The notes beneath the pieces were generated by a model that saw only the letters and a program-made list of their open reading frames with translations, was not told where the DNA came from and ran no database searches. The translations under genes and the position numbers were made by a program. Below, one piece after another: positions 17,360 through 25,727 of a stretch of 36,768 nt of DNA. Within the stretch, counting starts at the first letter, position 1; every line of letters begins with the position of its first letter. Source of the DNA: Desulfurococcales archaeon (GTDB lineage Archaea; Thermoproteota; Thermoprotei_A; Sulfolobales; NBVN01); the NCBI GenBank assembly GCA_021158735.1, contig JAGGUC010000048.1, positions 1 through 36,768 of the forward strand. Reading direction: 5' to 3'.

Positions 17360-18553
17360 ATGCCGAACGTATTAACCGATAGGGTTGCAGTAGCAGAAAA
17401 GTATTCACTACTTGATGAGTATGTTATCATGGTTGTTAAGGCAGGGAATGTGATAGACTTCGCTAGCGGCTCCCCCGACCCTAGACTATTCCCTAAGGAG
17501 GAGGTAAGGGAATTAGCTCAAAGAGTAATTAACGAGCACGGTGTTGAGGCATTCTCCTACCCGCCGCCACTGGGACTCAGAAAACTAAGAAATGCTATTA
17601 AGTCACTCCTAACTGAATTAGGAGTAAGCATTCCGGGGTCTAAGGTTGCGATAACTAGCGGGGCTGTGCGAGCTGTTGAGCTGGTCAGTACGCTACTGCT
17701 TAATGAGAAATCCGGTGCAGTTGCTGAAGAACCAACATACTTACAGGCACTCTACCCCCTATACGTAGTAGGTAGGGAAGTGAAGTACATTAAACTCAAG
17801 AACTATAAGTACCTTAACACTGCGTCCCTGGCTAAGGTACTTAGAGAACCTCACATTAAAATATACTACACAGTACCGACAGGACATAACCCTACTGGAG
17901 CAACATTCAGTAGTAGTATTAGAGGCGAGGTAGCTGAGCTGGTTCGCGAGCATGATGTATTAACTATAGAAGATGACGTATACAGAACAGTTCTCGGCGG
18001 CGAGGCTCCAGAACCGATATCAGCTATCTGCGCTAGGCACTCGCACCCATACGTATATTTGGGCTCACTCAGTAAGGTTCTCGCACCCGGATTCAGGATC
18101 GCATACATGCTAATTCCTGAAGGTCTATTCCCTCACATCAGAGCCATAGCTAGCAATGCACTAACATTAAGTCCGCTAAACATGCTTATGGCTTACGAAG
18201 CTATAAGGTCAGGCTTTCTTATTAAAAGAATACGTGAGCTTTCCAGAGAATTTAAGGAGCGCATGAAGACCTTAAAGGACTCCTTAATGGACTACATGCC
18301 GGACTGTGCTTCCTGGAATGAGAATGCTGAGGGTTACTACATATTCATTAAGGTTAAGGGAGTAAACATGATTAAAATATTTAATGACGTCTTGAGGGCA
18401 GGCGTGGGGTATGTACCAGGTGATGCTTTCCTATATAATAGTGCAGACGACGAGACGGCTAGGCTATGCATTGCCAGACCTAACACCGAGGAAATACCTG
18501 AAGGCGTAAAGAAACTAGCTAAAGTAATTAAAGACAAAGTAAACTTAAATTGA
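17360..18553 (+). CDS. PLP-dependent aminotransferase, class I/II (ARO8 / 2-aminoadipate aminotransferase-like)
   Basis: 397 aa. Fold-type I motifs are present: NPTG, and the PLP lysine context YLGSLSKVLAPGFRIAY. Confidence 0.85.
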   Translation: MPNVLTDRVAVAEKYSLLDEYVIMVVKAGNVIDFASGSPDPRLFPKEEVRELAQRVINEHGVEAFSYPPPLGLRKLRNAIKSLLTELGVSIPGSKVAITSGAVRAVELVSTLLLNEKSGAVAEEPTYLQALYPLYVVGREVKYIKLKNYKYLNTASLAKVLREPHIKIYYTVPTGHNPTGATFSSSIRGEVAELVREHDVLTIEDDVYRTVLGGEAPEPISAICARHSHPYVYLGSLSKVLAPGFRIAYMLIPEGLFPHIRAIASNALTLSPLNMLMAYEAIRSGFLIKRIRELSREFKERMKTLKDSLMDYMPDCASWNENAEGYYIFIKVKGVNMIKIFNDVLRAGVGYVPGDAFLYNSADDETARLCIARPNTEEIPEGVKKLAKVIKDKVNLN

Positions 18554-18557
18554 AAAA

Positions 18558-19937
<1,380 letters not shown>

Positions 19938-20022
19938 CTAGGTAAAAAATTTTTAATTACATACCTTCATTTCAGCATAACAGTGCAAAAAAGTTTGCTC
20001 GACAACAGCTATTCAGTGCGGA

Positions 20023-20036
20023 TTCATGTACATGAA
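20023..20036. promoter_or_regulatory. Perfect 14-bp palindrome TTCATGTACATGAA in a divergent intergenic region; candidate operator
   Basis: Read directly from the sequence. An additional CATGAA half-site lies about 20 nt downstream. The palindrome sits between the divergently transcribed aminotransferase (start 19922) and antiporter (start 20189) genes. Confidence 0.25.
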
Positions 20037-20188
20037 CATACTTGTCTCCAGCATGAATGAGTGTTACTTAGGTCTCATCTAGTAAGCATAGTTAAGGTAC
20101 AGTAAAACACAGAAGTATCTTTAACTCGCAGTTACGACTTTATATAACTAGTGAGTACGTAGTACTGTAGCAACTAGTTGGTGTTAGC

Positions 20189-21358
20189 ATGAACGGCGAA
20201 GCTGCTGTCTTCGCATGGATGCTGAACTTAGCTTTAATGCTCGCCCTTGCAAAGATTTTTGAGGCCGTAGTTGTTAGGCTCGGTCTTCCCAGGGTCGTCG
20301 GCTACGTTTCTGCTGGATTAGTGCTAGCCATCATCGGGTTTGAAATCGATGTAGTTAGTTACGCCTTTGCACTTGTAGGCATTATTGTAATGTTGTTTTA
20401 TGCCGGACTAGGCGAGACTACTAAGGAATTTATGCGAGGCCTCAAAAAGGCTGGACTAGTGGCTAGCGGAGGTGTTGTGGGCGCGCTAGCTAGCGGCCTC
20501 ATTGCGGGACTGATACTTGGGTTACCTTATAGTGAGACCTTAGCGCTGAGCGTAGCGTACTCAGCTACGTCAGTAAGCATTACTGTCAAGACCCTGGAAG
20601 AATTAGGCAGGATAGGGAGCATGGAGTCCAGAGTTATTGTTGGGGCTGCAGTAGTCGATGATGTCTTAGGTCTCTCACTAATTAGTGTCATGGTCGGGAT
20701 CGCTAAGGGTTCTTTAGATCCTTACTCGATCTTAGGTACGACGGTGCTTGCTTTCGCCTTCTGGGCGGCTATTGTAGTAAGCTCGGAGCGAATGCCTAAA
20801 CCGCTAATGAAGTTGTCGGGATGGATGAAGGTTGAAGCGTTCCACCTCACCGTAACATTCATAATTTTAATATTGCTGTCGTATCTAGCTATCTACGTTA
20901 AGTTGAGTGCCATACTCCTAGCGTACGCCTTAGGGTTAGGGCTCTCAAGTCACTACTACCTCCGTAGGAGGATAGCTACTGGTATATACCCTCTAGTAGC
21001 TATATTTACTCCATTATTTTTCGTTTATGCAGGTTCCCTAGTTGATCTGGAGGAGGTTGCGGGGGCTTTCCTAACCGGCGCATTCATTATTACTGCGTCG
21101 GTTATTTTAGTCTTCGGTTTTCTATCTAAAATACTGGGATGCGCCCTAACCGCTAAGCTGCTTGGCTTCGATAAAAAGACATCACTTATAGTTGGGGTAG
21201 GCATGGTTCCAAGAGGTGAAGTGATGCTTGTTACCGCTGCAATGGCACTAGAACTTGGAATAATGTCCTACCACGTCTACAGCGCACTCTTAACATTAAT
21301 TATAACGTCCTCCATAGCCGTTCCCATCATACTTAAGAAGATATACGCGAAAATATGA
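20189..21358 (+). CDS. Cation:proton antiporter (CPA2 / Kef-NapA type Na+/H+ exchanger family)
   Basis: 389 aa with about 11-12 TM helices. The N-terminus LGLPRVVGYVSAGLVLAIIG is typical of the Na_H_exchanger family. There is no C-terminal TrkA-N domain. Confidence 0.85.
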   Translation: MNGEAAVFAWMLNLALMLALAKIFEAVVVRLGLPRVVGYVSAGLVLAIIGFEIDVVSYAFALVGIIVMLFYAGLGETTKEFMRGLKKAGLVASGGVVGALASGLIAGLILGLPYSETLALSVAYSATSVSITVKTLEELGRIGSMESRVIVGAAVVDDVLGLSLISVMVGIAKGSLDPYSILGTTVLAFAFWAAIVVSSERMPKPLMKLSGWMKVEAFHLTVTFIILILLSYLAIYVKLSAILLAYALGLGLSSHYYLRRRIATGIYPLVAIFTPLFFVYAGSLVDLEEVAGAFLTGAFIITASVILVFGFLSKILGCALTAKLLGFDKKTSLIVGVGMVPRGEVMLVTAAMALELGIMSYHVYSALLTLIITSSIAVPIILKKIYAKI

Positions 21359-21411
21359 TTAATGTAGCAAAATTAATGAAAAATTATTAAGTGGTTTAGA
21401 GTAATGTAGGA

Positions 21412-21861
21412 CTACTTGATCAGCCCTACAGACCTCAGTGCGTCAGCTAACATTATATTCGGGGCTACCTGATATATGAAAACACCTGCCTGAGTAAGTG
21501 CTTGGGCTAGGTTCGTGCCCATATTTGGTGCTAGTACAACCCTCACGTTCTTAGAGATCAGCCATTGAGCTAGTGCAAGTCCAGCACCCTGAGGCACTGA
21601 AGCTGCCGGGTTATCGAGTACGTTTACTGACATTACCTGACCATCCTTAACATCAATTAATGCTATGTACGGCGACCTCGCAAAAACTTGTGAGACCATA
21701 GAGTTCATGCCTTCGGCATTATTTACTGGTACTGCTACTCTTACCTCACCTGCCGGTGGGGGTGTCTGCTGAGGCTGTTGAGGAACTCCCCACCCTCTTT
21801 GCCTTCCCCAACCTCTTCTACCCCAACCTCTACCCCTCCCTCGCCCGTACCCGTAGCTCAT
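21412..21861 (-). CDS. NifX/NifB-C-terminal-like (dinitrogenase FeMo-cofactor-binding family) protein with an N-terminal RG/W-rich low-complexity tail
   Basis: 149 aa. The first about 38 aa are MSYGYGRGRGRGWGRRGWGRQRGWGVPQQPQQTPPPAG. The rest matches the family pattern (FARSPYIALIDV ... GAGLALAQWLISKNVRVVLAPNMGTNLAQALTQAGVFIY). AGGTGA Shine-Dalgarno lies 5-6 nt upstream of the ATG, and the gene is 22 nt downstream of the preceding gene. Confidence 0.8.
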   Translation of the reverse strand: MSYGYGRGRGRGWGRRGWGRQRGWGVPQQPQQTPPPAGEVRVAVPVNNAEGMNSMVSQVFARSPYIALIDVKDGQVMSVNVLDNPAASVPQGAGLALAQWLISKNVRVVLAPNMGTNLAQALTQAGVFIYQVAPNIMLADALRSVGLIK

Positions 21862-21883
21862 TAACTCACCTTCCTTGACTGAG

Positions 21884-22222
21884 TCAAAACCCCGAGCTAC
21901 TTCTTGATGTTTTTCCTGTTAGCTCCTTAAGCTCCTTAATCCTCTCCTCAACACTCTTTAATTCTTCTTGAAGATCTCTGAGGTCCTCCTCAAGCTGTTT
22001 TTTGTATTCCTCCAACATCTCTAGTTCCTCCTCAGGCGTCGTCGGTGGGGGCGGGTATGGTGGATAGGGCGGTAGTGGCATATATGTTGGGTACTGCTGC
22101 GGTGTCTGAGTCTGCTGAGGTTGCTGGGGTGGCGGAGAGTACGGGTACATGTACGGGTAAGGTGGAGGCATGTACCGCATTAATCTTCGCCAATACCTGA
22201 ACCAGTACATCTTTCTCACCAT
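21884..22222 (-). CDS. Small low-complexity protein: M/Y/W/R-rich head, P/Q/Y-rich middle, acidic coiled-coil tail (DUF5320-like architecture)
   Basis: 112 aa: MVRKMYWFRYWRRLMRYMPPPYPYMYPYSPPPQQPQQTQTPQQYPTYMPLPPYPPYPPPPTTPEEELEMLEEYKKQLEEDLRDLQEELKSVEERIKELKEL. It is co-oriented with and immediately upstream of the NifX-like gene. Confidence 0.7.
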   Translation of the reverse strand: MVRKMYWFRYWRRLMRYMPPPYPYMYPYSPPPQQPQQTQTPQQYPTYMPLPPYPPYPPPPTTPEEELEMLEEYKKQLEEDLRDLQEELKSVEERIKELKELTGKTSRSSSGF

Positions 22223-22311
22223 GTAATTTTTGGACTTTGCACATTAATAACACTATATGAAGTACCCTGCTTTGGTTTGTTTAAGGAGGTAGTTTTTCAA
22301 GCTTTACTGAA

Positions 22312-22319
22312 TTTATTAA
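22312..22319 (+). promoter_or_regulatory. TATA-box-like element for the DUF134 gene
   Basis: TTTATTAA is centred about 27 nt upstream of the ATG at 22343. This implies a leaderless transcript and favours 22343 over the TTG at 22277 used by the ORF track. Confidence 0.3.
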
Positions 22320-22342
22320 TGTGGAAGGTAGAGGTGTTGTGT

Positions 22343-22684
22343 ATGAGTCGTGAAGGTCCGCCTTGGAGATGGTGCTGGAGGCGTGAAGGGAGAGGGAGAA
22401 GACCTAAGCCTAGGTTCATAAGGTTTCAGACGACGCAGGTAGTTTTCGCACCGCTAGACGAGTCAGGGCGTCCAGTAGAAGGTGAGCCCATATATATGAA
22501 CCCCGATGAACTTGAGGCACTTCGACTGGTTTACTACTTAGGGTTAACGCAGGAGGAAGCAGCTGAGAAAATGGGTGTCTCCAGAGGGACTCTTTGGAGA
22601 GCGCTGAGTAGTGGGAGGAAAAAAATTATTTCAGCCTTAATTGAGAGGAGACCGCTGATACTTATGTCTGGCCCGCCTCTGTAG
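22343..22684 (+). CDS. DUF134 / UPF0251-family predicted DNA-binding protein (sigma-70 region-4-like HTH)
   Basis: Family pattern GRGRRPKPRFIRF..., then MNPDELEALRLVYYLGLTQEEAAEKMGVSRGTLWRALSSGRKKIISAL. The ORF track starts at TTG 22277. I prefer ATG 22343 (MSREGPPWRW...) because of the TATA spacing. Confidence 0.8.
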   Translation: MSREGPPWRWCWRREGRGRRPKPRFIRFQTTQVVFAPLDESGRPVEGEPIYMNPDELEALRLVYYLGLTQEEAAEKMGVSRGTLWRALSSGRKKIISALIERRPLILMSGPPL

Positions 22685-22901
22685 CTGGTGTTGCTACCTT
22701 AACTGCTGCTTCTGCATATTTCCTCCACATATCAAGCATTACCTTGTACATCTCAATATAGTACATCATTGCTATAAATCCCATCCACATACTTGACCAT
22801 GCATACATTGCCGCGAATGGGTCAGGCAGGTACGGCGGCATCCCCCAGTAGTAGGGGTTATATGGGTATGCCATAACTGCCCACCTCGCCTGCGTCACCA
22901 T
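22662..22901 (-). CDS. Small aromatic/Met-rich protein of unknown function, translationally coupled to the upstream W-rich ORF
   Basis: 79 aa from ATG 22901: MVTQARWAVMAYPYNPYYWGMPPYLPDPFAAMYAWSSMWMGFIAMMYYIEMYKVMLDMWRKYAEAAVKVATPATEAGQT. Its ATG overlaps the upstream TGA stop (ATGGTGA). The longer track version (to 22985) would overlap the upstream ORF by 91 nt. Confidence 0.5.
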   Translation of the reverse strand: MVTQARWAVMAYPYNPYYWGMPPYLPDPFAAMYAWSSMWMGFIAMMYYIEMYKVMLDMWRKYAEAAVKVATPATEAGQT

Positions 22902-23164
22902 GTTGGTGGGTAAGGGTATCCGTACATGTACGGTGTAGGGTACCAGTAGTGTGAGTAATAAGGCATCATCCAAGGCCAGTACCACCTAAGCCCCCATGGA
23001 GCACCGTAGAGCCACCAGCACGCACCTCTACCAAACAACCAGCCGGGCCTCTGCCAAGGCGGTAGGTAGCTGAAGGGACCTCTACCAGGCCATGGGCCTG
23101 ACCAACCGCCTCTACCTCTGCCTCCTCTCCACCCCCAACCTAGTCCGCTGAACCACCATGCCAT
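22895..23164 (-). CDS. Small W/G/R/P/Y-rich low-complexity protein of unknown function
   Basis: 89 aa: MAWWFSGLGWGWRGGRGRGGWSGPWPGRGPFSYLPPWQRPGWLFGRGACWWLYGAPWGLRWYWPWMMPYYSHYWYPTPYMYGYPYPPTW. I count 16 Trp in 89 residues. The GRGRGG head resembles the tail of the NifX-like protein. GGTGG lies just upstream of the ATG, and a TATA-like element lies about 37 nt upstream. No competing long ORF occurs on the other strand. Confidence 0.55.
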   Translation of the reverse strand: MAWWFSGLGWGWRGGRGRGGWSGPWPGRGPFSYLPPWQRPGWLFGRGACWWLYGAPWGLRWYWPWMMPYYSHYWYPTPYMYGYPYPPTW

Positions 23165-23196
23165 ACACTACCACCACTTTTTTGTGCGTATGCTCA

Positions 23197-23205
23197 CTTA
23201 TAAAC
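23197..23205 (-). promoter_or_regulatory. TATA-box-like element for the W-rich small ORF pair
   Basis: The minus strand reads GTTTATAAG, centred about 37 nt upstream of the ATG at 23164. This would give a roughly 12-nt leader containing GGTGG. Confidence 0.3.
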
Positions 23206-23373
23206 TTTCAGCATATGAACGAAATTCACTTAAACCTTCCAAGACTTAGCGTTTACTCGTTCTATAGTGCCTCCTGAGCAACCTTAAATACTTCCTGAGA
23301 AGTTTAAATCCAATTCTCCACTCCTCCGAAGTTATCGTGTCTGATAGTGGGCACACATCATCTACTGCAGGAC

Positions 23374-23652
23374 CTACTCCTTAACATATACTATAGGGTA
23401 TATCCCGCATCCTAGTGGCCTGTACTGATATATCTTGCAGGTGCCCTCTATCAGGTTGTAGAAGTAGCAGTAACCGTCGACATTCCTTAATCTCCAATAG
23501 CCTTCACTCCAAACGGTGAAATCCTGTACCTGATAACCCAGCTCCTTAATTACTGTGATGTCTTCTGGCAGGAGGATCATTTCAGTTTCCATATAGCACA
23601 GACTACACTTAAGGCATTCAGACCTCATGAAAGCCCCTGGCCCAGCAGTCAC
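23374..23652 (-). CDS. YkgJ-family (CxxCxxCC-type) putative Zn/Fe-chelating Cys-cluster protein
   Basis: 92 aa. The N-terminal Cys motif is ECLKCSLCY, and downstream Cys residues occur in GYCYFY...GTCKIYQYRPLGC. This matches the layout of the UPF0153/YkgJ family. The gene lies 20 nt downstream of the DtxR-type gene. Confidence 0.65.
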   Translation of the reverse strand: MTAGPGAFMRSECLKCSLCYMETEMILLPEDITVIKELGYQVQDFTVWSEGYWRLRNVDGYCYFYNLIEGTCKIYQYRPLGCGIYPIVYVKE

Positions 23653-23672
23653 TTCAGCAGCCCTCGCCCCAA

Positions 23673-24140
23673 TTACTCAGCTATGTATTGCTTAAGTACT
23701 ACGTTAAACCTACACGTACATGTAGGCCTCCCCATACCGCCAGCTACAATGAGTTCTCCGTGGGGACACCTAGACGGCCTTCCCAGCAGACACCATAACT
23801 TATCAACTATGTGCTTGGGTATGCTCAACTCTATGTCCCTTGCTACATGACATGCCTCCTCTACGCTTAGCCCCAACCTAGTCAGGGCTGACTCAATAAC
23901 TCCGTGCCTCCAAATAATCTCTAAGCACAAATCGATGCCCTCCTTTGTCAGCCTAATGCCCCTGCCTACCCTCTCAATCAGCCCCCATTTAACCAGCTTC
24001 TTAATCATGAGTGATGCTGTTGATTTTGAAACTCCGAGTGCTTTAGCTACGTCAACTACTCTAGCAGTGCCTTTAAAGGTGCAGTGCTCATATACGGTTA
24101 TTAAGTAGTCGATATCACGTGTACTCAGTAAGCCGACCAT
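23673..24140 (-). CDS. DtxR/MntR/SirR-family metal-dependent transcriptional repressor
   Basis: 155 aa. An N-terminal wHTH (VVDVAKALGVSKSTASLMIKKLVKWGLIER) is followed by the metal-binding/dimerisation helix pattern (RHGVIESALT...EEACHVARDIELSIP). Its start overlaps the permease gene by 16 nt. Confidence 0.85.
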   Translation of the reverse strand: MVGLLSTRDIDYLITVYEHCTFKGTARVVDVAKALGVSKSTASLMIKKLVKWGLIERVGRGIRLTKEGIDLCLEIIWRHGVIESALTRLGLSVEEACHVARDIELSIPKHIVDKLWCLLGRPSRCPHGELIVAGGMGRPTCTCRFNVVLKQYIAE

Positions 24141-24961
24141 TTCCTAACACCTAGTAGTGCATATATTACTGTTGCTGAAGCAAAAATACCTACACCTGCC
24201 GATGGAGGTAACTCGAGGGCTAGTGCTAGAACGTACCCTGACGCCATGATCAGAAGGGATGAAGCATAGGCTACTGCATGAATTTTTCTGACAGCAGCCC
24301 TAACAGCGATCAGGCCAGGAGCGGTGAGGACTACGTGGGTAAGTAACACCCCTAGTGACATAGCAAGTGATGTAGCGGTAGCTGCCGTTAATGAGTATAG
24401 GAGGTACCTGTAGTACCTAACTCTAAGCCCCATCGAGTACGCACCTTCGGGGTCGAAGAAAACGTACTTAAACTCGCCCCAAAACATGTGTATTAACGGT
24501 ATAACTATTATTGCAGTAGCTGCCAGCCTAGCAACATCACCTGCTGTAGCGAGGGCTGATGTTCCGAAGACATAGCTCATAGCCTTTGAAACACCTAAAG
24601 GGGACATGAAGCTCAGGTAGTAAGTCAGTATCACAGTTGTTGTGACTGATAAGCACACTGAGGTAGCTATAGCTGAATCTTCCGGAAGCCCTCTGTTGAT
24701 GGCCTCAGCAGTCAATACCGAAATCAAGATCGATACAAGCGCGGCAGTGACTACTGGAGGGACAGGGAGGTGTGCGACATCAGTTAGGAAGACACCTACT
24801 AAGCCTCCGGCAAGAACCGAGTGAAGTAGTGTGATGCCGAACGTGATGGATCTAGCAACAACCAGTGCCGGACTTACTGAACCAACTAGGGCACTACCCA
24901 ATAGCGCAGTAGCCGCGCTCATTATCAGTAGGTAGCTACTTCCTGAGGGCATGATCTTCAC
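24125..24961 (-). CDS. ABC-3 family metal (Mn/Zn/Fe) transporter permease
   Basis: 278 aa with about 8 TM helices. Its position between an ABC ATPase and a DtxR-type regulator, downstream of a ZnuA/TroA-like binding protein, supports the call. Confidence 0.85.
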   Translation of the reverse strand: MKIMPSGSSYLLIMSAATALLGSALVGSVSPALVVARSITFGITLLHSVLAGGLVGVFLTDVAHLPVPPVVTAALVSILISVLTAEAINRGLPEDSAIATSVCLSVTTTVILTYYLSFMSPLGVSKAMSYVFGTSALATAGDVARLAATAIIVIPLIHMFWGEFKYVFFDPEGAYSMGLRVRYYRYLLYSLTAATATSLAMSLGVLLTHVVLTAPGLIAVRAAVRKIHAVAYASSLLIMASGYVLALALELPPSAGVGIFASATVIYALLGVRKWSAY

Positions 24962-25727
24962 CGAGAATTATGAGACCTTTCACTTCAGTAAGCCCGGGGT
25001 ATGCAGCCTTAAGTATGTCCAGCCTCAGCACCTGGCTCGGCTTACCTATAGCGAAAACCTTCTTATTAATAAGAATGACCGTCGGCTCGTATGCCATGCA
25101 GGGCGAGAGTTCATGGGCCGACATCAAAACATCTACACCGAGTGTCCTGTGGATCCTGTACAGTAACTCAACAACCTCGCACTTTACTTTAAAGTCAAGC
25201 ATTGAGTACGGCTCGTCGAGAATCAGTAACTTCGGTCTTCTTATTAAGGCCCTAGCAAGCAACACACGTTGTCTCTCACCACCGCTCAATTCACTAAATA
25301 ACTTGTCCTCATAATCGCTTAGCTCAACTAAACTCAAATATTCTTTTACCTTCTTCTTTACGGTGCCTGAAATAACTCTAGGGGGAGGTAGCTTTGACAG
25401 TAGCCCCATAGCAACTACTTCCTCGACAGTCACCGGCGCTAGAGCGTCAACATTAATTACTTGCGGTACATAACCAACTACTTCAGCAATAGCTCCCATA
25501 TCACGCCATGGCACTAAGCCGTAGATGCTGGCACGCCCCTTTACAGGCTTTAAGAGTCCTATCAATGCCCTAATAAGTGTTGTCTTACCCGCACCGTTGG
25601 GGCCCATTAAAATCGCAAAGAATGGTGACTTGAGGGCGAATGAAGCATCATGTACTACTGGCTCCCTGCCATATGACAGGGTAACGTCCTTAACTTCAAC
25701 GTGTTTATCAGGTAGAGCGCTAACCAC
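24936..25727 (-). CDS. ABC transporter ATP-binding protein (ZnuC/MntA-type)
   Basis: 263 aa. Motifs found: Walker A GPNGAGKTT, signature LSGGERQR and Walker B LLILDEP. Confidence 0.9.
   Translation of the reverse strand: MVSALPDKHVEVKDVTLSYGREPVVHDASFALKSPFFAILMGPNGAGKTTLIRALIGLLKPVKGRASIYGLVPWRDMGAIAEVVGYVPQVINVDALAPVTVEEVVAMGLLSKLPPPRVISGTVKKKVKEYLSLVELSDYEDKLFSELSGGERQRVLLARALIRRPKLLILDEPYSMLDFKVKCEVVELLYRIHRTLGVDVLMSAHELSPCMAYEPTVILINKKVFAIGKPSQVLRLDILKAAYPGLTEVKGLIILGEDHALRK

Noticed and set aside
22032-22253. 73-aa alternative-frame ORF overlapping the DUF5320-like gene
   Set aside because: It is on the same strand in a different frame, has no recognisable features and lacks a promoter or Shine-Dalgarno of its own. 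The frame encoding the coiled-coil tail is more convincing.
22277-22342. TTG start and 22-codon leader of the DUF134 ORF, plus the strong AAGGAGGT at 22283-22290
   Set aside because: No start codon follows the SD-like sequence at a suitable distance. The TATA-like box at 22312-22319 lies inside this extension and fits a leaderless start at ATG 22343, where the conserved family sequence begins.
22902-22985. N-terminal extension of the 22662..22985 ORF (MVLALDDALLLTLLVPYTVHVRIPLPTN)
   Set aside because: It would overlap the W-rich ORF by 91 nt in another frame. The internal ATG at 22901 forms a classic ATGGTGA stop/start overlap, and the characteristic Y/P/M-rich composition begins only after it.
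23284-23312. Imperfect inverted repeat CTTAAATACTTC-CTGA-GAAGTTTAAATC downstream of the ykgJ-like gene, as a possible terminator hairpin
   Set aside because: Only 5 contiguous base pairs form, there is no adjacent oligo-T tract on the transcribed strand, and archaeal termination does not require hairpins.
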